Below, piece by piece: positions 43,790 through 52,987 of a stretch of 64,000 nucleotides of DNA (positions are counted from its first letter, which is position 1; each line of letters begins with the position of its first letter). Source of the stretch: an uncultured Eubacteriales bacterium (GTDB lineage Bacteria > Bacillota > Clostridia > Oscillospirales > JAKOTC01); contig CAZPLU010000002.1 of NCBI GenBank assembly GCA_964587625.1, positions 45,816-109,815 on the forward strand, read 5' to 3'. The notes beneath the pieces are model-generated. The model did not search any database. It was not told where the DNA came from and saw only the letters and a program-made list of their open reading frames with translations. A program made the position numbers and the translations under genes.

Positions 43790-45163
43790 ATGACAGTCAA
43801 AACGGTATACGCGAGCGCGTTCGCGCCGCTGGACAGCAACGTGTTTACGGGCGGCGGCACCAACGTCACGAGACAGCTTCAACAGGTGCTCGACAGGGCC
43901 GAGACCGAGGGCGGAATCCGCCTTGTGATGGACGGCGCGGCGCTGGTGAGCGGTCTGGTCGTCCATTCCAACACCACGATCGAATGCCTGACGAAGGACT
44001 GCGGGTTCTTTTTGGACGATCAATCCAACCGCGCTATTTTAATCAATGCACGGCGGGATAAAAAGGTCATCAAAGATCGCTGCATCACCCTTTTGGGCGG
44101 AACCTACAACCACAACGCCAAAAATCAGCTGCACCACGTCCCCACCGACGAGGCCGTTTTGGATGTCGGCGACGATTTCGACGGCAATCATCTCGTGATG
44201 GCGCTGGAATTTTACGGCGTCGAATACCTGACCATCAGAGATATCACCATCCGCGACCAACGGTCCTGGGCGGCGGTCATCTGCAACTGGCGGCATGTGG
44301 TGGTGGAAAACGTGGACATCGACCTGCCCGAGCACATGGACGGCCAAAATCAGGACGGTCTGCACTTCTGGGGCCCGGGGCGCTTTTTGAGCATCAAAAA
44401 CCTCAGCGGCCGCACGGGGGACGACATCCTTGCGCTCGCCCCGGATGAATCCGACATGGAGTCCGACATCACCGACGTCGAGGTGGACGGTCTGTTTATG
44501 GACAACGCAGATCAGGGAGTGCGCCTGCTCTCGAGGGCGAAAGGCCGGCTCGACCGGGTCACGATCCGCAATGTCAGCGGAACGTATAAGTGTTTCGGAT
44601 TTTATATCAATCCGTGGTTCCACGACGCCTACGGCTCTTTCGGAAATATTTTGATCGAAAACGTCGACCTGCGCCAAACCGAGCCCAATTACCACTACAC
44701 CAACCCCTTTTTGTTCCGCATCGGCGGCGACATCGAGTGTTTGACTTTGAAAAACATCCGGCATCATTATCCCCGCGACGGCCGGCCCGTCGCCGAAATC
44801 GGCATTCCTTTCGTGTCGAAGAAGCAAAATGCGGAAAAAGCCGCCGGTCAGCATATGAATACGATCATCATCGACGGCCTGACCGTCTTGGAAGAGGGAA
44901 ACGCGACTGCCGATGCCGAATATATCAAAGTAGTAGGCGCGGTGGACAACCTGATATTGAAAAATGTCGTTGCCGTGCGTAAATGTGAAAACGAGACGCC
45001 GTGCGGCAAAATCCTTGTCATCGATCAAAAAAAAGGCAGCGCCGAAAACCTTTTGATCGACGGGGCGTATTGCAAGGGCTACGAGAGCTTCGCCGAAACC
45101 AACGGAAAGGCCGCCCATGCCGACGTTTACAACGCGGTGTGCGACTGCGAGCCGTTGAAATAA
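43790..45163 (+). CDS. Right-handed beta-helix glycoside hydrolase, GH28-like
   Basis: GQNQDGLHF, RTGDDILAL and NADQGVRLLSR stand at the spacing of the GH28 NTDG / DD / HG / RIK motifs. The start could also be ATG 43772. Confidence 0.55.
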   Translation: MTVKTVYASAFAPLDSNVFTGGGTNVTRQLQQVLDRAETEGGIRLVMDGAALVSGLVVHSNTTIECLTKDCGFFLDDQSNRAILINARRDKKVIKDRCITLLGGTYNHNAKNQLHHVPTDEAVLDVGDDFDGNHLVMALEFYGVEYLTIRDITIRDQRSWAAVICNWRHVVVENVDIDLPEHMDGQNQDGLHFWGPGRFLSIKNLSGRTGDDILALAPDESDMESDITDVEVDGLFMDNADQGVRLLSRAKGRLDRVTIRNVSGTYKCFGFYINPWFHDAYGSFGNILIENVDLRQTEPNYHYTNPFLFRIGGDIECLTLKNIRHHYPRDGRPVAEIGIPFVSKKQNAEKAAGQHMNTIIIDGLTVLEEGNATADAEYIKVVGAVDNLILKNVVAVRKCENETPCGKILVIDQKKGSAENLLIDGAYCKGYESFAETNGKAAHADVYNAVCDCEPLK

Positions 45164-45181
45164 AAATTCCTTTTTCAAATC

Positions 45182-45240
45182 ACACGAATCCTGCGGGTGG
45201 CAGACGCCGCCCGCAGGATTCGTGTTTATTTTATTTTTAT
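45182..45240 (+). terminator. Rho-independent terminator
   Basis: acacgaatcctgcggg-tggcagacgccg-cccgcaggattcgtgt, followed by ttattttatttttatttt. Confidence 0.75.
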
Positions 45241-45419
45241 TTTAAAAATTGATAAATCCATTTTTAAAGCGATCGGGGATCGATTCAATCACGCGGGGAT
45301 CGAAACGGGAAAAGCCGCGTCATGTTGATTTTGTAAAAAGCCCTGTGCTTTCACCGCCGCAGGAGAGATTGAACCGTCGCTTTTACCGGTCGCTAAATCA
45401 GAAATCCACGTTTTATCGT

Positions 45420-47291
45420 CTATCGGTCATACCATTTTGCCTGCTCATGATACAGCCGCGCGTATTCGCCGCCGCCCGCCAATAATTTTTCATGAGTTCC
45501 GCTCTCGGCGATTTTGCCGCCGCCGAACACCACCACGCGGTCGGTCAACGCCGCGATGCTGATGCGGTGGGTCACGAACACCACCGTCTTGTCGCGCGAC
45601 ATCTCGGTATAGCGCTTAAAAATCTCGGCCTCCGCCAGCGGGTCGAGGTTTCCGGTCGGCTCGTCGAGCAGGATCAGATCCCTGTCCCGGTAGTAGGCGC
45701 GGGCGATCGCGAGCTTTTGCCACTGCCCGCCCGAGAGATCGGCGCCGCCGACGTCTTTGCCGAGCGCGAGATCGCCTTCCAGTTCCGGGCAACCCGCTTT
45801 TTTCAGGCAGTCCGCGATCAGACCCTCGTCCCTCGCGCGTTTGGCATCGCCCAAAAACACGTTGTCCGAGACCGTGAAGGTGGTATATTTGGCCGGGTCC
45901 TGGAATACCGCCGACATGCGGTCGTATTTGGTCCCGGGGTCGAGTTTGCGGCTGTCGGCGCCGTTGACGGACAACACGCCCCCGGACGGTTCCAGCATCC
46001 CGCACAACAGCTTGACAAAGGTCGATTTCCCCGCGCCGTTCTCGCCGACCAGGGCGACTTTTTCCCCGCGCCTGATCTCGAGATCAACCCCCTCGAGCAC
46101 ATATTTTTCGGTCATCGGATAACGGTAACGCAGGCCTTGTGCCTTGATTTCGGCAATTTCTCCGGTCTTTTCCCCTTCTTGCGTCTGGGACGGCAGTTCC
46201 ATCAGCTCAAAAAACATCGCCGCCTCGTTTTTGTTGGACATGAATTTTCCGAGCGCGGAGAACAGCGCGCCGGTGTCGGAAACAAGGGTCTGAATCAATG
46301 ACATCACCGAGCCCAGCGCGCCGAGCGTGATGCGCCCCGCCGTCATCAGCGCGATGGCGAGCGCATAGGCGGCCGAGAGCGTCAACGCCGAAATCGCGTT
46401 GCGGATCGCCCCGAGCGCGCTCGAGCGGAACTGCTTTTTGCGCTCCAGCGCCGTGTATTCGTCGGCGGCTTTTTTCCATTTGCCGAAGAAGAAATCGAAC
46501 AGGCCGAGGGTGCGCATTTCCTTTGCTCCGGTATTCAACATGATGTTTTGAAGATAATTGCCTTTCCGGGCCAGTTCGGAGTTGTCCTTGAGAAACCTGA
46601 ACGAGAGCTTCGAATCGATATAGGTCGTATACAGCGTCGGAATCGGCGCGATCAAAATCAACAGGCACAGCCACGGGCTGAAGAGATACAGCGTCGCCGC
46701 GATCGTGAGCACCGAGACGGTCCTGGCGATGATCGAATAGCCGTTCATCATGACCATCCGGTTCAGCCCGCTCCAGCCGTCGGCCGTGAACCTGAACACC
46801 CGCTCGATCAGGTCGTTGGTCTTGGCGATCTCAAGGTATTCGGGGGAGAGAGAAGCCAGCTTGCGGTAAAGTCGCGCGTCCAGCTTTTCCTGAAAGCGGT
46901 TGGCCTGCACGATATCGACCCGCTCGATCTGCTCGTACATATACAGATAACGGTTGAGCAGCGCGCACAGATAATTGAGCGCGAAATATCCTAAAATCAT
47001 TCCGGCCATCGTAAAAATTCCCGTTTCCGGCGAATAGGAATTGGCCGCGTCGATGTATTTCCCCCAGAGGGCCGCAAGCGCCGGCCGGAGCAAACTCAAC
47101 AAAATCGACAGCGCCAAGATCAGGGCGCACATAAACTTCGCCGAGGAAAAGACAAACCCGAACAGCTTGAAAATCGTCTTGGTTTTGGCGGGTTTTTGTT
47201 TGCTCATTTCCTCCTCGAGCGGCGTGGTGAAATCGCGCGGCAGCCCGGTGAGGTCGTCTTTCGGCCCTGTTCTGACTTTTTCTTTTTTCAT
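45420..47291 (-). CDS. ABC exporter, fused permease/ATP-binding protein
   Basis: N-terminal 6-TM domain, then Walker A GENGAGKST, signature LSGGQWQK and Walker B LILLDEPT. Its ATG overlaps the upstream stop (ATGA). Confidence 0.9.
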   Translation of the reverse strand: MKKEKVRTGPKDDLTGLPRDFTTPLEEEMSKQKPAKTKTIFKLFGFVFSSAKFMCALILALSILLSLLRPALAALWGKYIDAANSYSPETGIFTMAGMILGYFALNYLCALLNRYLYMYEQIERVDIVQANRFQEKLDARLYRKLASLSPEYLEIAKTNDLIERVFRFTADGWSGLNRMVMMNGYSIIARTVSVLTIAATLYLFSPWLCLLILIAPIPTLYTTYIDSKLSFRFLKDNSELARKGNYLQNIMLNTGAKEMRTLGLFDFFFGKWKKAADEYTALERKKQFRSSALGAIRNAISALTLSAAYALAIALMTAGRITLGALGSVMSLIQTLVSDTGALFSALGKFMSNKNEAAMFFELMELPSQTQEGEKTGEIAEIKAQGLRYRYPMTEKYVLEGVDLEIRRGEKVALVGENGAGKSTFVKLLCGMLEPSGGVLSVNGADSRKLDPGTKYDRMSAVFQDPAKYTTFTVSDNVFLGDAKRARDEGLIADCLKKAGCPELEGDLALGKDVGGADLSGGQWQKLAIARAYYRDRDLILLDEPTGNLDPLAEAEIFKRYTEMSRDKTVVFVTHRISIAALTDRVVVFGGGKIAESGTHEKLLAGGGEYARLYHEQAKWYDR

Positions 47292-49120
47292 GATACCGCC
47301 GCCTCCTTTCCGTTTTCGTACCACTGCTTTTGGGCGTTGAACATCTTACTGTAAATCCCGCCGGTCGCCATCAATTCGGCATGCGTGCCCTCCTCGGCGA
47401 TTTTTCCCTCCGAGATCACGAGGATCCGGTCGGTGATCATGGTCGAAGCCAGCCGGTGGGTGATGAAGATCGCGCTCTTTTTTTCGGTCATTTCGGCGAA
47501 TTCGGCGTACAGATGCGACTCGGCGATCGGGTCGAGCTGGCTGGTCGGCTCGTCGAGCAGCAACACCGGCTTATCCCCCATAAAAGCGCGGGCGAGGGCG
47601 ATGCGCTGCCACTGTCCGCCCGAGAGGTCGACGCCGCCCTTGAAGTCGCGGCCCAACAGCGTGTCGTATCCGTCCTTGAGCGAAGGCGCGAACTCGTCCA
47701 CTTTTGCTTTTTGGCAGGCGCGTTTGAACACGTCCCCGTTTTCGATATCGGCGATATGGCCTACGGCGATATTTTCACGCAGCGGAATGCTGTAGCGCAT
47801 AAAGTCCTGAAAGATCGGGGCGAAGATCTCGGAGCGCCGCTCCGCCGAATAGGACGTCAGCGGTTTTGAGCCGAGCAGGATCTCCCCGCCGTCGGGTTCG
47901 AACAGCCCGAGCAGCAGCTTGATCATCGTGGTTTTGCCCTCGCCGTTTTCTCCGACGACCGATACCTTTTCCCCGGCCCGTACCTTGAACGACAACCCTT
48001 TTAAAATCTCGCGTCCGGTATTGGGATAGGCAAACCGCACGTTTCTGAACTCAATCTCATAATCCCCCGGCAATTCGGCGCATTCGGATTCGGGGTCCTC
48101 GGAGAGCGCGAAAAATTTGTTGTAATAATCCAGGAACTGGATGTGAAAGCCGCTGGCTTTAAAAAAGATCGTCGCGCCGCTTAACGAATCGTACAACCCG
48201 CCGAACACGCATAAAGTCAACGCGATAAATGAACCGACGCTCGCCTTGCCGCCGATGAACAGCAGCAGCAAAAACACCGCGTTCCCGAGCGTCGCCAGCG
48301 CGGTCACCCAACTCGAGGCGAAGCGCATTTTCAGGTGCTTGAAATAATAATATTTTTCATATTCGCGGTTGCGCTCATTCAGGCGTTTTTAATAGGTGTC
48401 GACCAAAAAATCGGACGATCCGAACAGCTTTTGCTCCCTGGCGTAGTCGCGCGAGCGCAGATAGCCCCCGAGCCGCCGATATCGGCGCTCCTTGTCCCAA
48501 TATTTTTGCAACTCGTCATAGACCGAGAACGACCGCTTGGCGCTGATGAAGAGGTCCAGCGCGAACGGCGCGAGCAGGGTCGGCAGCAGCCACGGCGATA
48601 TCTGCGCAAACTGCCATAAAAGGCCGGCGCTTGCGACCAAGCTCGAAATCTCCCGCGTGACGTACATCGGGAACATGTGGCGCACGGAATCCTCGGCATG
48701 GTCAAAAGCCATGTCCATGATCTTGACCGAGGCGGGGTCTTCGAAGTGGGCGTATTTGAGCCGCTTGAGCTTTTGGAGCATCTTCCCCCGGTAGGTCGTG
48801 CGCAAAATCAATTGTGACCGCTCCTGCACATGGCCGTAGACATAGGCGTTGACCACCAGGTCGGGGATAACGGAAGCAAGGAGAAATAAAATAATATACG
48901 GGATATACTGCCCGAAGGTCAGGGTTCCGGCAGCCACTTTTAGCCCGTCGTCGAAGATATGCCCGCCCGCGAACACCGCCGCCGTCGTGGCAAAACCGGA
49001 TAAAACCGCCGCGGCAAAGGTGCCGGCCACCATCCGGGGGGCTTCTTTTGCGATGATGCCGATCAGCATTTTATAATGCCCGAAAAGCTCCTTGAGCCTG
49101 TACTGATGTTTATTTTCCAT
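47288..49120 (-). pseudogene. ABC exporter, fused permease/ATP-binding protein, interrupted by one in-frame TAA
   Basis: ORFs 48389-49162 (TMD N-terminal part) and 47288-48328 (rest of TMD plus NBD: GENGEGKTT, LSGGQWQR, VLLLDEPT) are in the same frame. Reading through gives ...FLVDTY*KRLNERNREYEKYYYFKHLKMRFASSW.... Confidence 0.8.
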
Positions 49121-49988
49121 TGGGTTTCTTCTTTCCCTCCGGCCGAATCGTCTCGGCGGCATCGAAATACGGTTTTTTACGCATTCCGGTCTGGAAGCAG
49201 TAACCGCTCGGTCGGCGGATGATGCGGTTCGCGAATTCCAGCATCGGCATGAACGCGGGGTTTTGATGATAATTATAATTACTTCCGTAAACGTCTATTT
49301 GGTCGTTGTCGAGCGTCAGCTGGGATTTGCTCACGAGCTTATAACCGACGAATCGATCGAGGATTTCGGCGGCGCGCTCGACGGCGATTCCGATTTCCGA
49401 GGCCACCCATTTGGCCGTGAACGGGTTTTCGTCCCGCGAATAGAGCAATATGAGCGTGTCAAAGGCGTCCCGCTGTCCGAGCAGGGCGAAAAACGCCGTC
49501 TGTTCTTCGGGTTTGTACAGTATTTTGCCGAATCCGCACTCGGGCTCGGGCATCAGCATAAAATAATTCAACCGCCTGTCCAGCCGCATCAGCGAGATCC
49601 CCTCGTTGAAAATGGCCTCGGAAAACGACTCGGTAGCGAGATATTTATCGAGATTGTCATGCTTGTCAAGCTTGGAACCGAACATGGAACGCTGAATCGT
49701 CCAGCACAGTTCCTCGGCGGTCCGAAGCTGCTGCTCGCGCGGCGCCGCGCGTATGTGCGCGCAAATCACATCGTCGATGTTTTGAGATCCCGCTTTCCGC
49801 CCGAACAGCGCGTCGATCGAGACCCTGAAATAATCGGCGACGCGCGGCAGCATCTCGGCGTCCGGCACGCCGCCGTTTTCCCACTTGCTGACCGCCTGCG
49901 CCGAAATTGACAGCGCCTGCCCCAGTTGTTCCTGCGTCACGCCCTGTTCTTTCCGCAGTTCCGCAATCATTTTCCCGATGTTTTCCAC
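49110..49988 (-). CDS. XRE-family HTH transcriptional regulator with a large C-terminal domain
   Basis: VENIGKMIAELRKEQGVTQEQLGQALSISAQAVSKWENGGVPD is a Cro/C1-type HTH. GTG 49988 lies 5 nt after GGGAGGGA. Confidence 0.75.
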   Translation of the reverse strand: MENIGKMIAELRKEQGVTQEQLGQALSISAQAVSKWENGGVPDAEMLPRVADYFRVSIDALFGRKAGSQNIDDVICAHIRAAPREQQLRTAEELCWTIQRSMFGSKLDKHDNLDKYLATESFSEAIFNEGISLMRLDRRLNYFMLMPEPECGFGKILYKPEEQTAFFALLGQRDAFDTLILLYSRDENPFTAKWVASEIGIAVERAAEILDRFVGYKLVSKSQLTLDNDQIDVYGSNYNYHQNPAFMPMLEFANRIIRRPSGYCFQTGMRKKPYFDAAETIRPEGKKKPNGK

Positions 49989-50017
49989 CAGAATCCCTCC
50001 CGTCGGTTGATGGCTTG

Positions 50018-50046
50018 ATGATACCACAAACCATGGTTGAGTTCAA
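50018..50046 (-). promoter_or_regulatory. Sigma70-type promoter candidate for the XRE regulator/ABC operon
   Basis: On the minus strand: TTGAAC (50046-50041), 17-nt spacer, TATCAT (50023-50018). Confidence 0.5.
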
Positions 50047-50104
50047 TCGAGGCCATTTGTAGTAAACTCAACCGTCGGTTTATTTAAAATCGGATTCAAC
50101 CGCT

Positions 50105-50146
50105 ATAAAAACCGCGGCGAACGGGCAGGCCCGTTCGCCGCGGTTT
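50105..50146 (-). terminator. Rho-independent terminator of the aminotransferase gene
   Basis: On the minus strand: accgcggcgaacgggc-ctg-cccgttcgccgcggt, followed by ttttat. Confidence 0.75.
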
Positions 50147-50155
50147 CTATATGTC

Positions 50156-51442
50156 TTATTTGTCCGACAGCAGTTTTTCAACCGCCGCGAGTTTCGCCGA
50201 GGCGCAGAAGACATCCATCGCCTCCGCGAGTTGACTCGCCGGCGGGAAACTCGGGGAGATGCGGATATTGGCGTCGTTGGGATCCATTCCGTAGGGGAAA
50301 GTCGCGCCCGCGGGCGTCAGGATCAATCCGGCGTCCTTGCACAGCGCCACCGTGCGCTTGGCACAGCCGGGCAACAGATCGACGCTGACGAAATAGCCGC
50401 CCTTTGGCTCTGTCCACTCGGCGACGCCGGACGCACCCAACCCCTCCTTGAGTTTGGCGCAGACCGTCTCGAACTTCGGCACGAGCAGCCCCATGTATTT
50501 TTCCATGTGCGCGGCAACACCCTCGAGGTTTTTATAATAACGCGCATGGCGCAGTTGATTGAGTTTATCGTGTCCGATGGTCTGATAGGAGAGCAATTTT
50601 CTATAAAAAGCCAAATTCTCCGCGCCCGAGGCGATGGCCGAAACGCCGCCGCCCGCAAAACTGATCTTGCTGGTCGAGGTGAACATGTACACCATGCTGC
50701 CGTTTCCGCGTTTTTGCGCTTCGGTCAGCAGATTGGTGACTTTGGTTTTTGCCACTCCGGCAAAGGTGTGCATCACATAGGCGTTGTCGCAGTAGATTCT
50801 GAAATCGTGCGAAGCCGGTTTCAAAGCCGCCAGACGCTCGATGACTTTGTGCGAATAAACCGCTCCGGTCGGATTGGCATAGACCGGGACGCACCAGATG
50901 CCCTTGATGTCCGGGTCTTCGTTGACATACCGTTCGACCAAATCCATATCCGGACCGTCGTGAAACATCGGGATGCCGACCATGTCAAAGCCGAATTTGT
51001 CCGTGATGGCAAAATGGCGGTCGTAACCCGGCGCGGGGCACAGCCATTTCCGGTTTTTACACTCATAAAGCGGCACGCCGCCCGCGAACACGCCGAAAAT
51101 CATCGCCTTCGCCAGCGTGTCGTACATCAGGTTCAAGCTCGAGTTTCCGTAGACGATCAGGTTTTCGGCCGGGACGCTCAAAATCTCGGAAAACAGCCGT
51201 TTCGCCTCCGGGATGCCGTCGAGCCCGCCGTAGTTGCGCGCATCCAGGCCGTCCTCGGATCTCAGGTCGGAATCCGGGCCGAGCGCCGACAAAATGGGGT
51301 TGGCAAGCGAGAGCATCTCGGGCGCGGGCTTGCCGCGCGAGATGTCGAGTTTGAGCCCCTTGGCCTTGTAATCGTTGTAAACGCCTTGTAAAAGGGCTTT
51401 TTGAATTAATAATTGTTCGCGGGAGAGTTTTATATAATTCAT
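50156..51442 (-). CDS. PLP-dependent aminotransferase, class I/II fold
   Basis: MNYIKLSREQLLIQKALLQGVYNDYKAKGLKLDISRGKPAPEML... with TSTSKISFAGGG (PLP lysine region). Start chosen at the ATG 7 nt after GGTGG. Confidence 0.75.
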   Translation of the reverse strand: MNYIKLSREQLLIQKALLQGVYNDYKAKGLKLDISRGKPAPEMLSLANPILSALGPDSDLRSEDGLDARNYGGLDGIPEAKRLFSEILSVPAENLIVYGNSSLNLMYDTLAKAMIFGVFAGGVPLYECKNRKWLCPAPGYDRHFAITDKFGFDMVGIPMFHDGPDMDLVERYVNEDPDIKGIWCVPVYANPTGAVYSHKVIERLAALKPASHDFRIYCDNAYVMHTFAGVAKTKVTNLLTEAQKRGNGSMVYMFTSTSKISFAGGGVSAIASGAENLAFYRKLLSYQTIGHDKLNQLRHARYYKNLEGVAAHMEKYMGLLVPKFETVCAKLKEGLGASGVAEWTEPKGGYFVSVDLLPGCAKRTVALCKDAGLILTPAGATFPYGMDPNDANIRISPSFPPASQLAEAMDVFCASAKLAAVEKLLSDK

Positions 51443-51547
51443 ATGCATGCCACCTATGTTATCATATTTTTTGCGCGTCTGTAACATCTTCCGCTGTGAA
51501 TTTGCGCAATAAAAGCCGCTCTGTTTTTAGCGCAAACCTTTACCCTG

Positions 51548-52936
51548 TTATACCAGCGTCTTTGGGGTGCGCGGGAACAGCAGCACGTCGCGGATGTTTC
51601 CCACGCAGGTCAGGTACAGCAGCAGGCGTTCCAATCCCAGCCCGAAGCCGGCGTGTTTTGTGCCGCCGTAACGGCGCAGGTCGAGGTACCAGCCGTAGTC
51701 GTTTTTATCCAACCCGCATTCCTCCATGCGGCGCTCGAGCACGTCGAGGCGCTCCTCCCTCTGGCTGCCGCCGATGAGCTCGCCGACGCCCGGCACCAAT
51801 AAATCCATCGCGGCGACCGTCTTGCCGTCGTCGTTGAGGCGCATATAAAACGACTTGATCTCCTTGGGATAGTTGATCAAAAACACCGGTGCGTTAAAAT
51901 GGGTCTCGGTCAGCCAGCGTTCGTGTTCTTTTTGCAAGTCGCAGCCCCAATAGACGGGGTATTCAAACACCAGCCCGCTGTTTTTGAGCAGGTCTATCGC
52001 CTCAGTATATTCGCAGACCTTGAAATCGGCGTTGATCAGCGCGTTCAGGCGGTCGAGCAGGCCGTTGTCATAGTGCTCGTTAAAAAACGCCAATTCGTCC
52101 GGACACTGCTCCAGGACGTATTTGACGATGAAGACCATCATATCCCGCGCCAGCTGCATATCGTCCGAAAGGTCGGCGAAGGCGATCTCCGGCTCGATCA
52201 TCCAAAACTCCGACGCGTGGATCGGCGTGTTGGAATTTTCGGCGCGAAACGTCGGCCCGAAGTTGTAGACCTTGCCGTAGCAGAGCGCGAACGCCTCGGC
52301 CTCGAGCTGCCCCGAGACCGTCAGCGACGCGGTCCGCGCGAAAAAATCCTTTGAAAAATCGACTTCGCCGGATTCGGTCAACGGCGGATTCTTCGCGTCC
52401 AAAGTGGTCACGCGAAACATCTCTCCCGCGCCCTCACAATCGCTGCCGGTGATGATCGGCGAATGGGTATAGATAAATCCATTTTCGGTGAAAAACTTGT
52501 GGATGGCGTAGCTGACGACCGAACGCAGCCGGTAGACCGCGCCGAGGGTGTTGGTACGCGGGCGCAGGTGCGGCATGGTGCGCAAAAATTCCAGCGAGTG
52601 GCGCTTTTTTTGCAGCGGATAATCGGGCGAGGATGTCCCCTCGACCATGATGCCGGTCGCTTTCAGCTCAAAGGGCTGTTTGCCGTCCGGGGTTGCGACC
52701 AAAACGCCCTCGACGGCCAAAGCGCACCCGTTGTTTTGGCGGGTCGCCTCGGCATAGCCGGGCATATTTTCCTCGGCCACGACCTGAAGATTTCGAAAGC
52801 AGCTCCCGTCGTTGAGTTCAATGAACGAGATCCCTTTGGACACGCGCAGGGTCTTGGCCCAACCGCATACCGTGAGGTTGTTTCCGATAAATTGTTCAGG
52901 TGTTTCGAAGAGTTTGGCGACTTCGACGCGTTTCAT
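51548..52936 (-). CDS. asnS: Asparagine--tRNA ligase
   Basis: N-terminal OB-fold GWAKTLRVSKGISFIELNDGS. Class II motifs FRAENSNT...EFWMIEPE and GGSQRE...GGTKHAGFGLGLERL. Confidence 0.93.
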   Translation of the reverse strand: MKRVEVAKLFETPEQFIGNNLTVCGWAKTLRVSKGISFIELNDGSCFRNLQVVAEENMPGYAEATRQNNGCALAVEGVLVATPDGKQPFELKATGIMVEGTSSPDYPLQKKRHSLEFLRTMPHLRPRTNTLGAVYRLRSVVSYAIHKFFTENGFIYTHSPIITGSDCEGAGEMFRVTTLDAKNPPLTESGEVDFSKDFFARTASLTVSGQLEAEAFALCYGKVYNFGPTFRAENSNTPIHASEFWMIEPEIAFADLSDDMQLARDMMVFIVKYVLEQCPDELAFFNEHYDNGLLDRLNALINADFKVCEYTEAIDLLKNSGLVFEYPVYWGCDLQKEHERWLTETHFNAPVFLINYPKEIKSFYMRLNDDGKTVAAMDLLVPGVGELIGGSQREERLDVLERRMEECGLDKNDYGWYLDLRRYGGTKHAGFGLGLERLLLYLTCVGNIRDVLLFPRTPKTLV

Positions 52937-52987
52937 AAATTTTAACTGCCCCTTCCGAAGATATGGATGGGGAGTATTTTACCACAT

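Noticed and set aside
45270-45345. A CGGGGATCGA direct repeat (x2) and other short repeats in the convergent intergenic region after the GH28-like gene.
   Set aside because: There are only two short copies and no adjacent gene to regulate. The region lies downstream of both flanking genes.
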